Of a DNA stretch of 52,288 nucleotides, positions 27,779 to 36,540 are shown piece after piece. Below the pieces are notes generated by a model. That model searched no databases, was not told where the DNA came from, and saw nothing but the letters and a program-made list of their open reading frames with translations. The position numbers were made by a program, and so were the translations under genes. Each line of letters starts with the position of its first letter. Position 1 is the stretch's first letter. Where the stretch lies: sequence record DRR723986_9343; one strand, given 5' to 3'.

Positions 27779-29833
27779 CTATTCCGCTGTGTCCAAATAA
27801 GGATCTTGGCCGATCTCACGCTGCATTTTCGTGCGTTCTCGTTCGTGGTGCAGCAGCATCATCCGATCTCGGAAATGCTTCCTCTCGACGCGTCGTTGGG
27901 CTTTTCGAAACAATGGGGCCCAAGAGTGAAACGGACCGGCGCTGTTCCGCCCTTGTTCGGCGTACGCTTCTGCCTTTCGATTGCCATATCCTCCGCGAAG
28001 GATGTCGTCATCGAGTGAAAGGAATTGTCGATAACTACCCGGGTCGCCTTGACGTCCACAGCGTCCGATCAACTGCCTGTCGATTCGAGCGGCATCGTGA
28101 AGTTCGGTGCAGATGACATGCATCCCGCCGATCTCTCGGATGTCATCTTTGAGCTTCACGTCCGTTCCTCGACCGGCCATATTGGTCGCGACGGTCACCC
28201 GTCCGCGCTTGCCCGCTTCGGTAACAATCTCGGCCTCACGCTCGACTTCGTTCGCATTGAGCACCTGGTGTTTGATACCAGCGTTCTCGAGCATCTTGGA
28301 CAGCACCATCGACTTGTCGATCGAGCGCGTTCCGATCAGGACGGGCCGGCCTTGTTCGTTCATCTCACGAACTTCTTCGACGATTGCCTCAAACTTTTGC
28401 TCCATCGTGCCAAAGACTTGGTCCTTCAAACGTTTCCGCTGTGGCGGGCGGTTGGTCGGCACTTCCACGACGGGCGTCTTGTAGATCTTTCGTAGTTCAG
28501 GAGAACTGGTTGAGGCGGTACCGGTCATTCCAGCCAAGTGGCGGTAGCGCTGGAACAAGTCCTGCACCGTGATTCTCGCCGCTTGCCCTGTCGGCACGCT
28601 GACCTCGATTCCCTCTTTCGCTTCGATGGCTTGGTGGATTCCATCTCGCCACTTCCGGCCCTCTGCCAATCGACCAGTAAACTCATCGACGATCACGATT
28701 TCGTCATCGCGAACCACGTACTGTCTGTCGCGGATAAACTCAGTGTGAACTTTGATGGAGCGTTCGATGTAGTCATACAAATCTACAAGTGGAACGACTC
28801 GCATGACATCCTCGCGTGGAAGTGCTCGCACAAGCGAGCGGCCTCGGGAGGTAAGTTCAATTTTGCGGGTGTCGTCTTCCAGGGTGTAATGTTCTGCGAA
28901 GTCAAACTTGTCAGCATGTTCGCTGGCCCATCGAAATGTCGCGATGACTGTGTCCCGCGTTTCGTCGCCTAGGGACCCAATGATCAACGGTGTCCGGGCT
29001 TCGTCAATTAGAATACTGTCTGCTTCATCGACTAGAGCAAAGTGCATTGTTCTTTGAACAGGCTCATCGCCAGAGCTGCTCCAGCGTTCCATGCTGCCTT
29101 CCCCGAGGAAGTCGCTTTGGATTCGGCCCTGGGCACGCAGGAGCAAGCGGTCACGCAGGAAGTCGAAACCGAATTCTTTGGCAGTCCCGTAAGTGATGTC
29201 GCAAGCGTAGGCCTTGCGGCGATCGTCCTGCGAGCTGTCGGTTAAGACAATTCCGACCGTTGATCCCAGTGTTTCATAAAGCGGGCGCATCCAATCGGCG
29301 TCCCGTTCGGCAAGGTAGTCATTCACCGTGGAAAGGTGGGCACCGTGTCCGGCAAGCGAGTGGAGATACAGTGGCAGGGTCGCCGTTAGAGTTTTACCTT
29401 CCCCGGTTTGCATCTCGGTAATGCAGCCATCGTACAGAGCTGCGCCGCCGGTGATCTGCACATCAAAGTGACGCATCCCGAGTGATCGTCGTCCTGCCTC
29501 GCGGACGAGCGCAAACGCCTCAGGGAGAATGTCCCCGAGCGACTCACCGCTCATCGCGCGGTAGCGGAGCGAACGACTCTCCTTTTTGAGTTCACCCGGT
29601 GTTAGCTCGCGAGTCCGCGCCTCGAGCGATGCGACTTTTTGTAAAGCTGCTAGCCAGCGGTTGAGTCGTATTTGGCCGGCACCTGGAACTGCCCAACCGG
29701 CCGCGATACGAGGCTTATTGGGAAGGCGACCACTGTCGGAGGGAATGGGAGCTGCCATGGCTGCCGCAACTTGATCGGCAACGACCGGGTCTGTTGGGTC
29801 AGTATCGGTATGCGCGGTAGATAACTCGTTCAT
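27779..29833 (-). CDS. Secondary SecA-like ATPase (SecA_DEAD), C-terminally shortened
   Basis: EMQTGEGKT (Walker A), TVNDYLAERD, FGFDFLRDRL, VDEADSILIDEARTPLII, IVDEFTGR, GMTGTA, VATNMAGRGTD, RIDRQLIGRCGRQGDPG. Only 684 aa, ending about 85 aa after the GRQGDPG motif. Confidence 0.92.
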   Translation of the reverse strand: MNELSTAHTDTDPTDPVVADQVAAAMAAPIPSDSGRLPNKPRIAAGWAVPGAGQIRLNRWLAALQKVASLEARTRELTPGELKKESRSLRYRAMSGESLGDILPEAFALVREAGRRSLGMRHFDVQITGGAALYDGCITEMQTGEGKTLTATLPLYLHSLAGHGAHLSTVNDYLAERDADWMRPLYETLGSTVGIVLTDSSQDDRRKAYACDITYGTAKEFGFDFLRDRLLLRAQGRIQSDFLGEGSMERWSSSGDEPVQRTMHFALVDEADSILIDEARTPLIIGSLGDETRDTVIATFRWASEHADKFDFAEHYTLEDDTRKIELTSRGRSLVRALPREDVMRVVPLVDLYDYIERSIKVHTEFIRDRQYVVRDDEIVIVDEFTGRLAEGRKWRDGIHQAIEAKEGIEVSVPTGQAARITVQDLFQRYRHLAGMTGTASTSSPELRKIYKTPVVEVPTNRPPQRKRLKDQVFGTMEQKFEAIVEEVREMNEQGRPVLIGTRSIDKSMVLSKMLENAGIKHQVLNANEVEREAEIVTEAGKRGRVTVATNMAGRGTDVKLKDDIREIGGMHVICTELHDAARIDRQLIGRCGRQGDPGSYRQFLSLDDDILRGGYGNRKAEAYAEQGRNSAGPFHSWAPLFRKAQRRVERKHFRDRMMLLHHERERTKMQREIGQDPYLDTAE

Positions 29834-30170
29834 TCGACTCTTTGTTGGCTGCTAAGGGACTGTCTGAGATCTCTGCCCGTGGGCAAACAACTCTCTGCAA
29901 GGGGCATTGCTCAGCGATGCGTCACCAGCTTTCGACGTTTAGCTCTGACTTCATGTTACCCGAGGAGGGGGAATTCTATACAGACACTGGCTTTGGAAAC
30001 CCTCTTTCGCAGCCGAAAAGCATGACGATTTTGCTCGTCGTTCCGGCATTGTGAATTTAGGAGGTTTGAGTTGAGTGTGCCGGAAGTGCATTTTTTGCTC
30101 GAAGTACGGACCATGCTGGCCGATCTACGATTAACGACCCTGACGCTTGATCCGTCCAGCGAGATACAAA

Positions 30171-31517
30171 ATGAAAATCACGAATCTACTGTTTTCTCTA
30201 ACCTTGGCGGGTTTCTGCTTCCAGCAAGCGTCCGCTCAGGTATCCCATCCACAAGCTCCCGCACCGAGTGCTGCACGGCACATTGGCGACGGGGTCCGCA
30301 GCATCGGCGACACCAATCGCTATGTCGCTGGATCAGAAGATGTTCGGCCTGCCGAGTTCATTCCTGATGAAGACAGCCGGGCGGTCCGTCCTGCTGGCGC
30401 CTTCAATCTAGGGATGCTGGCACCAACGGCCTCATCTTCTCGGTATCGATCAAAGGCGGCCTGCAAGAGCCGAAACGGCTGGTTGACGGCCGAGTCGCTG
30501 TTGTGGTTCAGCGAGCAGCAAAGTGCTCCTGCACTTGTGACCACCTCCGCAACGGGTGTCCTTCCAATCGCCGGAGCAGCAGGTGTAACCACCGCTTTCG
30601 GCGGGCCAGATGGAATTGATCGCGGGATCATTCCTGGCTATCGCCTGGAAGGCGGCATGTTCATCGACGACGATGAAAAGATCGCTGCAGTTGGACGCGT
30701 CTATGGGATCTTCCAAGACGAGGCCTCCTACTCTGCCGCAAGTGCTGGTGGCGATCCGAGCCTTGGTCTGCCTTACTTCAATCTACAATCGCAGCAGCCT
30801 GACGCGTTCTTGGTCGGCTTCCGCAATGGTGGCGGAGTTCTGGTATCAGAGGGTACCGTGGAAGCTCGCAGCGATCTGCAAATGATTGGTGCCGAAGGAA
30901 GCTTGCACGTACTGCTGAGCCGATCCAACAAGCACCGAGCCGACTTGCTGATGGGTTATACGTTCAACCGACTCAACAACTCAGTCGGTGTGGTTTCTCA
31001 GTCGACCAACCGTGCACCTGGCGACGGCATTCCTGACGGAACTGTCTTCGATATCAATGACTTGTTCTCGACCGAGAACATCTTCCACGGTGCTCACCTG
31101 GGCGTTCTCAGCAGCGTTACTGCACAGCAAATCAGCCTGACGACTCTAGCGAAGGTCAGCTTCGGTAGTATGAATCAATCGGCTGCTGTGAGCGGATTCA
31201 CCACAGAGACTCTTGGTGCTGCGTCATCAACGTCCGCAGGCGGTATCCTGACTCAAGCTAGCAACATTGGAATGCAAGAGCGAAACCAGTTCGCTTTCAT
31301 CCCAGAGTTGGGCGTCAAGCTTGGCTACCAAGTCAACGATCACGTCAACTTCACCGTTGGCTACACATTCATGTTCTGGTCCAGTGTTGCACTAGCGGGT
31401 GATCAAATCGACTCGACCGTCGACCTGACTCAGGCTGCTGCACGACCGCAACCAATGTTCGAGGATTCGACATTCTGGATGCAAGGTGTTGACCTTGGCC
31501 TGTCGATCGACTGGTAA
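30171..31517 (+). CDS. Outer-membrane beta-barrel protein, BBP7-like (planctomycete)
   Basis: Signal peptide MKITNLLFSLTLAGFCFQQASA; WLTAESLLWF, DLFSTENIFHGAHLG, FIPELGVKLGYQV...VGYTFMFWSSVALAGDQID, and C-terminal FWMQGVDLGLSIDW beta-signal. Confidence 0.82.
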   Translation: MKITNLLFSLTLAGFCFQQASAQVSHPQAPAPSAARHIGDGVRSIGDTNRYVAGSEDVRPAEFIPDEDSRAVRPAGAFNLGMLAPTASSSRYRSKAACKSRNGWLTAESLLWFSEQQSAPALVTTSATGVLPIAGAAGVTTAFGGPDGIDRGIIPGYRLEGGMFIDDDEKIAAVGRVYGIFQDEASYSAASAGGDPSLGLPYFNLQSQQPDAFLVGFRNGGGVLVSEGTVEARSDLQMIGAEGSLHVLLSRSNKHRADLLMGYTFNRLNNSVGVVSQSTNRAPGDGIPDGTVFDINDLFSTENIFHGAHLGVLSSVTAQQISLTTLAKVSFGSMNQSAAVSGFTTETLGAASSTSAGGILTQASNIGMQERNQFAFIPELGVKLGYQVNDHVNFTVGYTFMFWSSVALAGDQIDSTVDLTQAAARPQPMFEDSTFWMQGVDLGLSIDW

Positions 31518-31534
31518 TCAGTCACCGAACTGCT

Positions 31535-31580
31535 AAAAAATTGAAGGGCTGGGAGTCAATGACTTCCAGCCCTTCTTTGC
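31535..31580. terminator. Bidirectional Rho-independent terminator between convergent genes
   Basis: GAAGGGCTGGGAGTC...GACTTCCAGCCCTTC stem (31543-31575) with an A-run upstream and TTT downstream. Confidence 0.8.
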
Positions 31581-31637
31581 GTTTTGAGTGCTTGATTTTG
31601 GCAGTAGGTCGCGGTGAATTGCGATCGGGGCCTGCAT

Positions 31638-32432
31638 CTATACCGTTTGGCCATCTTTTAAGTGAACAACCGCATCGCAGTCATCTGCGATCGCTTCGTC
31701 GTGTGTGACCATCACGATCGTAAGGTCGTCATCTCGATTTAGCTCTCCAAGCAATTGCAGGATCTGTTCTCCGTTTTCACGGTCCAGATTGCCCGTTGGT
31801 TCATCGGCTAGCAATAGTTCTGGATCTGAAATCAGTGCTCGGGCGATTGCCGTTCGCTGCATTTCACCACCAGAGAGTTCGCGTGGCTTGTGATGCATGC
31901 GATGTTTCAGGCCGACGCGGTCGAGTAGTTCGATGGCTCGATTGCGAAGGGCATGTCGGTTTCGAAAATAGCTTAAGAAGCCGTTGCGGATCATCAGCGG
32001 CATTAAGACGTTCTGCAGGGCCGTTACTTCTGGGAGCAGGTGATAAAACTGGAAGATCATTCCCAGTTTTTCATTTCTAAAGAGATCTCGCTTCCTGCGC
32101 GTCAGATTGTCGATCCGCTCACCCGCGAAGGAAATCTCTCCCGAATCGGGGGCGTCGAGCGTTCCGAGTAAGTGGAGCAGCGTGCTCTTCCCAGAACCGC
32201 TTTGCCCAAGGATTGCGGTCGTCTTGCCCTGAACCGCCGTGAAATCACAGCCCTTCAGAACGGGGACTTCCAAGTTGTTTTGCCGGTACGACTTGCAAAC
32301 GTTAGTCGCCTCAAGCAAATACGGCTTGGCAACACGAAGCGTCGTTGCGTCACCGCTGGTCTGCAGATTGTCTGTGGGGACTCTGCGCCGCGGGCGATTG
32401 GGCGTTTCAGCAGTGGGGCTGGTAACATTCAT
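31638..32432 (-). CDS. lolD: Lipoprotein-releasing ABC transporter ATP-binding protein
   Basis: GQSGSGKSTLLHLLGTLDAPDSG, IFQFYHLLPE, LSGGEMQR, LADEPTGNLD, VMVTHD; directly downstream of a LolC/E-type permease. Confidence 0.85.
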   Translation of the reverse strand: MNVTSPTAETPNRPRRRVPTDNLQTSGDATTLRVAKPYLLEATNVCKSYRQNNLEVPVLKGCDFTAVQGKTTAILGQSGSGKSTLLHLLGTLDAPDSGEISFAGERIDNLTRRKRDLFRNEKLGMIFQFYHLLPEVTALQNVLMPLMIRNGFLSYFRNRHALRNRAIELLDRVGLKHRMHHKPRELSGGEMQRTAIARALISDPELLLADEPTGNLDRENGEQILQLLGELNRDDDLTIVMVTHDEAIADDCDAVVHLKDGQTV

Positions 32433-32502
32433 ATTTCAATTCCCAAATGGATGGGGACATGCTGATTTAGCAATTCGTTGTTTTCGACGAGCGACAAATC
32501 TT

Positions 32503-34239
32503 CTACTCGTATCGCAGGGCTCGCACGGGATGCATTCTCGCAGCTCGAATCGAAGGCAGAACACTAGCTAGCACTGCAATGCCAACGGCTCCGACCATGA
32601 CCCAAAATACCATCCAAGGGTGAACAATTGTCGGAATCGAATCAAAGTAGTACACCGTTGGGTCGAAGACCTCTTGACCGGTGACAACTTCCAGCAGGTC
32701 GGCAACTTCGTTGATTTTTGCGACGAAGATCAAACCGGCCACTGCACCGACGCCTGCACCGAAGGTGCCCAGCAGGACTCCGTAGCCGATAAACACAGAA
32801 GCAACGCCTTGGCCACTCGCCCCTAGGCTCTTGAGGATACCGATGTCTTTGGTCTTCTCCACGACGATCATGAAGAATGTTGCCAAGATGCCAAATCCTG
32901 CGACGGCGATGATCAGGAACAACAAAATGTTCAAGATGGTCGTTTCCATTTGGACGGCAGCCAAGAGTGGCCCTTGAAGGTCGCGCCAGGTGTTGATGCT
33001 CAGGCCGGTTTCCCGCGCCGGGTACGCTCGCCGAAGCGTATCGCGTACTAGATCAAGATCTGCGCCTTCTTTCAGTTTGAGTTGGATTGAGCTGATTCCG
33101 TCCTGCATGCCCCGAGCGGCTTGCAGACGCTCAAGTGGAACGAAGGCGAAGGAGGAATCATATTCGCTCATCTGGCTTTCGTAAAAGTCGACAACCGTGA
33201 AGCTCTCAAAGAGTGCCTCCGGACGAGAGCCCGCCGACGGGAACGTGATTTGAACGTCGTCACCAGGTCGAGCGAAATAGTGGTCTACGACTTCGCCGTC
33301 CATGCGATAACGCGTCGAAGCGATGCTGATTCCGAGAACGACGCCCGTGTGTTGCGTCGTTTCTGGATCAAAAATTGCAGCCGCTTCTTCCTCGGCAGAG
33401 ATGACTTGGTCGAATGCCGGAGCAGAATTGTTGCTCCCGACGGACACACCTGAGCTTGTACCAGAGGCAAGCGTGCCGACCCCGGAGCTGCCCGTTGGGT
33501 CGTCTTGATAGGGTGACGGTGGAAAGGCGAGGGTGTTGTCTTGGCTACCGTCTATCGCGGCCGTATCTGCAGAAGTTGGTAACGCAGATGCTAGCGGTTG
33601 TTGTAGTGTTGAGGCTGCATCAGTGGCCATGACCGGTGGCTGTTGAGGCATTTGGGCCTGCTTCTGCATGGACGCATCGATGGATGCCTGGAGTCGCTCG
33701 TTCCGCTCCATGACTTCGCGGATTCGCTTCTGCTGTTTGGCTTTGATGCGGCGGAACGTCCACCCAGATGCTGGGAATTGATCTCTGCCAGGAGCGTAGC
33801 CACTATCGTGTAGCTCAAAGGAAATGTTCTCGCGGTTGTCCGGGTGTAGCAAATACTGGCGGAAATCGCTGACATCGGCGTACGTTTCAGTATCAATTCC
33901 GATCAGGTTGAGTGGCCGTGTGATTTGCTCACCTTGGTGATCGATGTTGATCATCGCGGGCACGTGGACGACGGTCGTCATTCCTGCCAATTGATCACCA
34001 ACGAGCTGGCGGATTCTTTGTTGGACCTGTTCGTGCTCTTGAAGGCCGCTTGAGGCATGGCTTTCGATAACGATGTCGGACAGAATTCCATGCATCCGCT
34101 CCTGCATCTGAGTCGTGAAGCCGTCCATGACGCTGTTGACGATAATCAGCGTAGCGACTCCCAGAGTCACGCTAACGACACTCGCCAGGGCGATGTAACG
34201 GGTGCGTAGATATCTCCAGCACAAGAGCCATCGATACAT
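32503..34239 (-). CDS. LolC/LolE-type (FtsX/MacB family) ABC permease with low-complexity insertion
   Basis: RYLRTRYIALASVVSVTLGVATLIIVNSVMDGF, LIIAVAGFGILATFFMIVVEKTKDIGILKSLGA, VYYFDSIP, RAARMHPVRALRYE. Confidence 0.88.
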   Translation of the reverse strand: MYRWLLCWRYLRTRYIALASVVSVTLGVATLIIVNSVMDGFTTQMQERMHGILSDIVIESHASSGLQEHEQVQQRIRQLVGDQLAGMTTVVHVPAMINIDHQGEQITRPLNLIGIDTETYADVSDFRQYLLHPDNRENISFELHDSGYAPGRDQFPASGWTFRRIKAKQQKRIREVMERNERLQASIDASMQKQAQMPQQPPVMATDAASTLQQPLASALPTSADTAAIDGSQDNTLAFPPSPYQDDPTGSSGVGTLASGTSSGVSVGSNNSAPAFDQVISAEEEAAAIFDPETTQHTGVVLGISIASTRYRMDGEVVDHYFARPGDDVQITFPSAGSRPEALFESFTVVDFYESQMSEYDSSFAFVPLERLQAARGMQDGISSIQLKLKEGADLDLVRDTLRRAYPARETGLSINTWRDLQGPLLAAVQMETTILNILLFLIIAVAGFGILATFFMIVVEKTKDIGILKSLGASGQGVASVFIGYGVLLGTFGAGVGAVAGLIFVAKINEVADLLEVVTGQEVFDPTVYYFDSIPTIVHPWMVFWVMVGAVGIAVLASVLPSIRAARMHPVRALRYE

Positions 34240-34449
34240 GAAATCTTCCTTGATTTCTATTGTCGCTTCACCGCAACTGCGGAAAGCATGATCACTTACG
34301 GAGCACTCAACTTACCGCGGCAAGCCAGTCGGATAGCCAGTACGGTAGTCCTCACGACATTAACGTTCTCCGCCACTCGTCGGAACCGCAATTCAATGCC
34401 AGCAATCCGTTCCGTAAGTCCTTAGACCTAGAGCCTCCAACAGGTACGC

Positions 34450-34848
34450 TCAGCGATTGTCTTCGACTCCCTGCGTTTCGCTGAACGATCGGCGGGCAGC
34501 CTCGGGGAGTGCATTTCGGTAGCTTGCTAGCGACGAGAAAGCGTCCAGCATCGCTAGCAAAACGCACAGCATCACCAATGCCATGATGCCGCACCAGAGC
34601 AGAATCCAAGCCTGACTGCCTTTGGTCCGCGGGACAAAAGCTGCCGAGAAGACCAGACAACCAATCAGTCCTACGAGGCAGTTGTTTGCAAACCGGACGT
34701 ATCGCTGGAACTTTGTCCACCGAGCGATACTGCGCTGCGAATCCTCATGCATCGAATCGTCGCTCCACTGGGGAATGCGAAGACGCGAGAGGGCAAAACT
34801 GGCACCGACCAGGAGAATGCCGACGGTGATGCAGGCGAATTCCAACAC
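34450..34848 (-). CDS. Hypothetical membrane protein (about 3 TM helices)
   Basis: AAGGAG 9 nt upstream of GTG 34848; this start avoids overlap with the upstream sulfatase. Three hydrophobic segments. Confidence 0.65.
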   Translation of the reverse strand: MLEFACITVGILLVGASFALSRLRIPQWSDDSMHEDSQRSIARWTKFQRYVRFANNCLVGLIGCLVFSAAFVPRTKGSQAWILLWCGIMALVMLCVLLAMLDAFSSLASYRNALPEAARRSFSETQGVEDNR

Positions 34849-34924
34849 TAATTCAATCTCCTTGATTGCCGCCCAGAGAAACGTAGAGTCAAGAGAGCGA
34901 GAGCCGCGACTAGACGACAACGAA

Positions 34925-36475
34925 TTACTTGGGCGGATAAAACTTGTGCTCGCCACGCTTTGCCGCCAAGTGCGTTGACTTGAGGTCTTGCTCGCGTCCT
35001 GGGTCACCCTGCTCGACCATCCACTGGGTCAATTCTTTTGCCAAACGCTCTTTTGTGGAAGCGTACTCCGGGTCGTCGGAGAGGTTGTTCATCTCGAATG
35101 GATCATTCTTGATGTCAAACAACTGCTCCGGAGGACGCGTCGTATAGCGCTTTACAAGTTCATAGGTTCGTTGGTCAGTGGCTGAGTCCCAGACCCAGGA
35201 TTGCCAGTAGCGATTGTTGAGTTTGCCATCACCCTTGACACCCATCAAGTGTTTTTCGATGTAAATTTCGTCTGGCGTAAGGTTCTGGATCAAGTGATAA
35301 CGGCCATCGGTGATTGATCGAATCGGAAACGAGGGGCCTTCTGGAATGTTGTTGTGCATTCCATAAACATACTGACGTTTGCTTTCGGCACCGCTGAGCA
35401 GGACAGCTTTGAAACTCACGCCGTCGAATGGCAATCCCGCTAATTCCGACTCAGTCTCTCGTTCGACTGTGCTCGCTGACATTGCCAAATCAACTAACGT
35501 TGGAGCGACGTCTGCATACTGAATCAAAGCGTCGGTGCGGCCCGGTGAAACCTTGCCAGGCCACCGCACAGTAAAAGCAGTATGGACACCGGTGTCGAAG
35601 TTTGTCCACTTGCATCCTGGAAACTGTGCCCCCTGCTCTGACGTAAAAATGACAACCGTTTCATCGGACTTGCCAGACAGCTCGAGCGATTCGAGAATCT
35701 GGCCCACTTGACCGTCCATGTAGGTGATCTCCGCCAGGTAGCGGGCGTAACTCTCACGTGTTAGCGGAGTGTCCGCAGTGTTCGGCGGAAGCTCTATCTT
35801 CGCAGGTGGGTATTGACTCGGGTCGCCCATTACCCACGGCACGTGCGGTTCGACCAAGGCGACGACTAGGCAGAATGGATCGTCGTCACGTGTCATGAAT
35901 TCTTGGGCCGCAGAGATACTTAGTTCTCTTGTTGGATCTCGAACGCAGTTCTTTTCAAATCCCGAAACTTCTTCGAATGGAAACGCCTTCCGCGGTGTGA
36001 CGTGGACTTTTCCGGCAAGCCCCACGCGGTAGCCGAGTCTGCCAAGGTAGTGTGGCAAACTCTTGGTGCTTGGGCGGCTGGATGAATGATTCCAGGCGCA
36101 GCCGTTGCGCATTGGATACTGGCCGCTGTACAGTTCCGCGCGGCATGGTTGGCACATCGCTGAGCACAAGTACGCGCGGTCGAACACCAAGCTTTGACGA
36201 GCGAGTGCGTCTAGGTTGGGCGTTTTTGCATTGACACCGCCGTAAATCGGCAAATCGCTGAACGTGCAATCGTCAGCCATGATGATCAAGACATTGGGCG
36301 CTGCGGCCGAGCAAGGGCACGATGGTCCAACGACGTTACCGAATACGAACAATGCGGTGAGTAGAGAGGCGGTTGCTGAACGGTGCACTGGTGCCGCTTT
36401 CGATATTGGTGTTAGGCATCGAGCGAATGGCCGTGACAGAAAACGGCTCTGCAACGCGTATCTTACACCGAGCAA
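34925..36475 (-). CDS. Sulfatase, N-sulfoglucosamine sulfohydrolase-like
   Basis: PNVLIIMADD, AMCQPCRAELYSG (CxPxR), LAGKVHV, EPHVPW, YLAEITYMDGQVG, FPIRSI, PPEQLFDIKNDPFEMNNL; start uncertain. Confidence 0.88.
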   Translation of the reverse strand: MLGVRYALQSRFLSRPFARCLTPISKAAPVHRSATASLLTALFVFGNVVGPSCPCSAAAPNVLIIMADDCTFSDLPIYGGVNAKTPNLDALARQSLVFDRAYLCSAMCQPCRAELYSGQYPMRNGCAWNHSSSRPSTKSLPHYLGRLGYRVGLAGKVHVTPRKAFPFEEVSGFEKNCVRDPTRELSISAAQEFMTRDDDPFCLVVALVEPHVPWVMGDPSQYPPAKIELPPNTADTPLTRESYARYLAEITYMDGQVGQILESLELSGKSDETVVIFTSEQGAQFPGCKWTNFDTGVHTAFTVRWPGKVSPGRTDALIQYADVAPTLVDLAMSASTVERETESELAGLPFDGVSFKAVLLSGAESKRQYVYGMHNNIPEGPSFPIRSITDGRYHLIQNLTPDEIYIEKHLMGVKGDGKLNNRYWQSWVWDSATDQRTYELVKRYTTRPPEQLFDIKNDPFEMNNLSDDPEYASTKERLAKELTQWMVEQGDPGREQDLKSTHLAAKRGEHKFYPPK

Positions 36476-36540
36476 AGTTGCCGGATAAGTGCTCGGCGGC
36501 CCGCACTATAGCAATTGGGGGCTACCTCGCTTGATCGCGT

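Noticed and set aside
27779-29833. Short SecA as a pseudogene
   Set aside because: All motor motifs are intact, there is no frameshift, and no remnant of the missing C-terminal domains is recognisable downstream of the stop.
31638-34239. ABC transporter as the missing ATPase of the TolC/HlyD cluster
   Set aside because: The motifs are LolD/LolC-E-like (lipoprotein release), not an HlyB-type exporter, and it lies 8 kb away in a separate unit.
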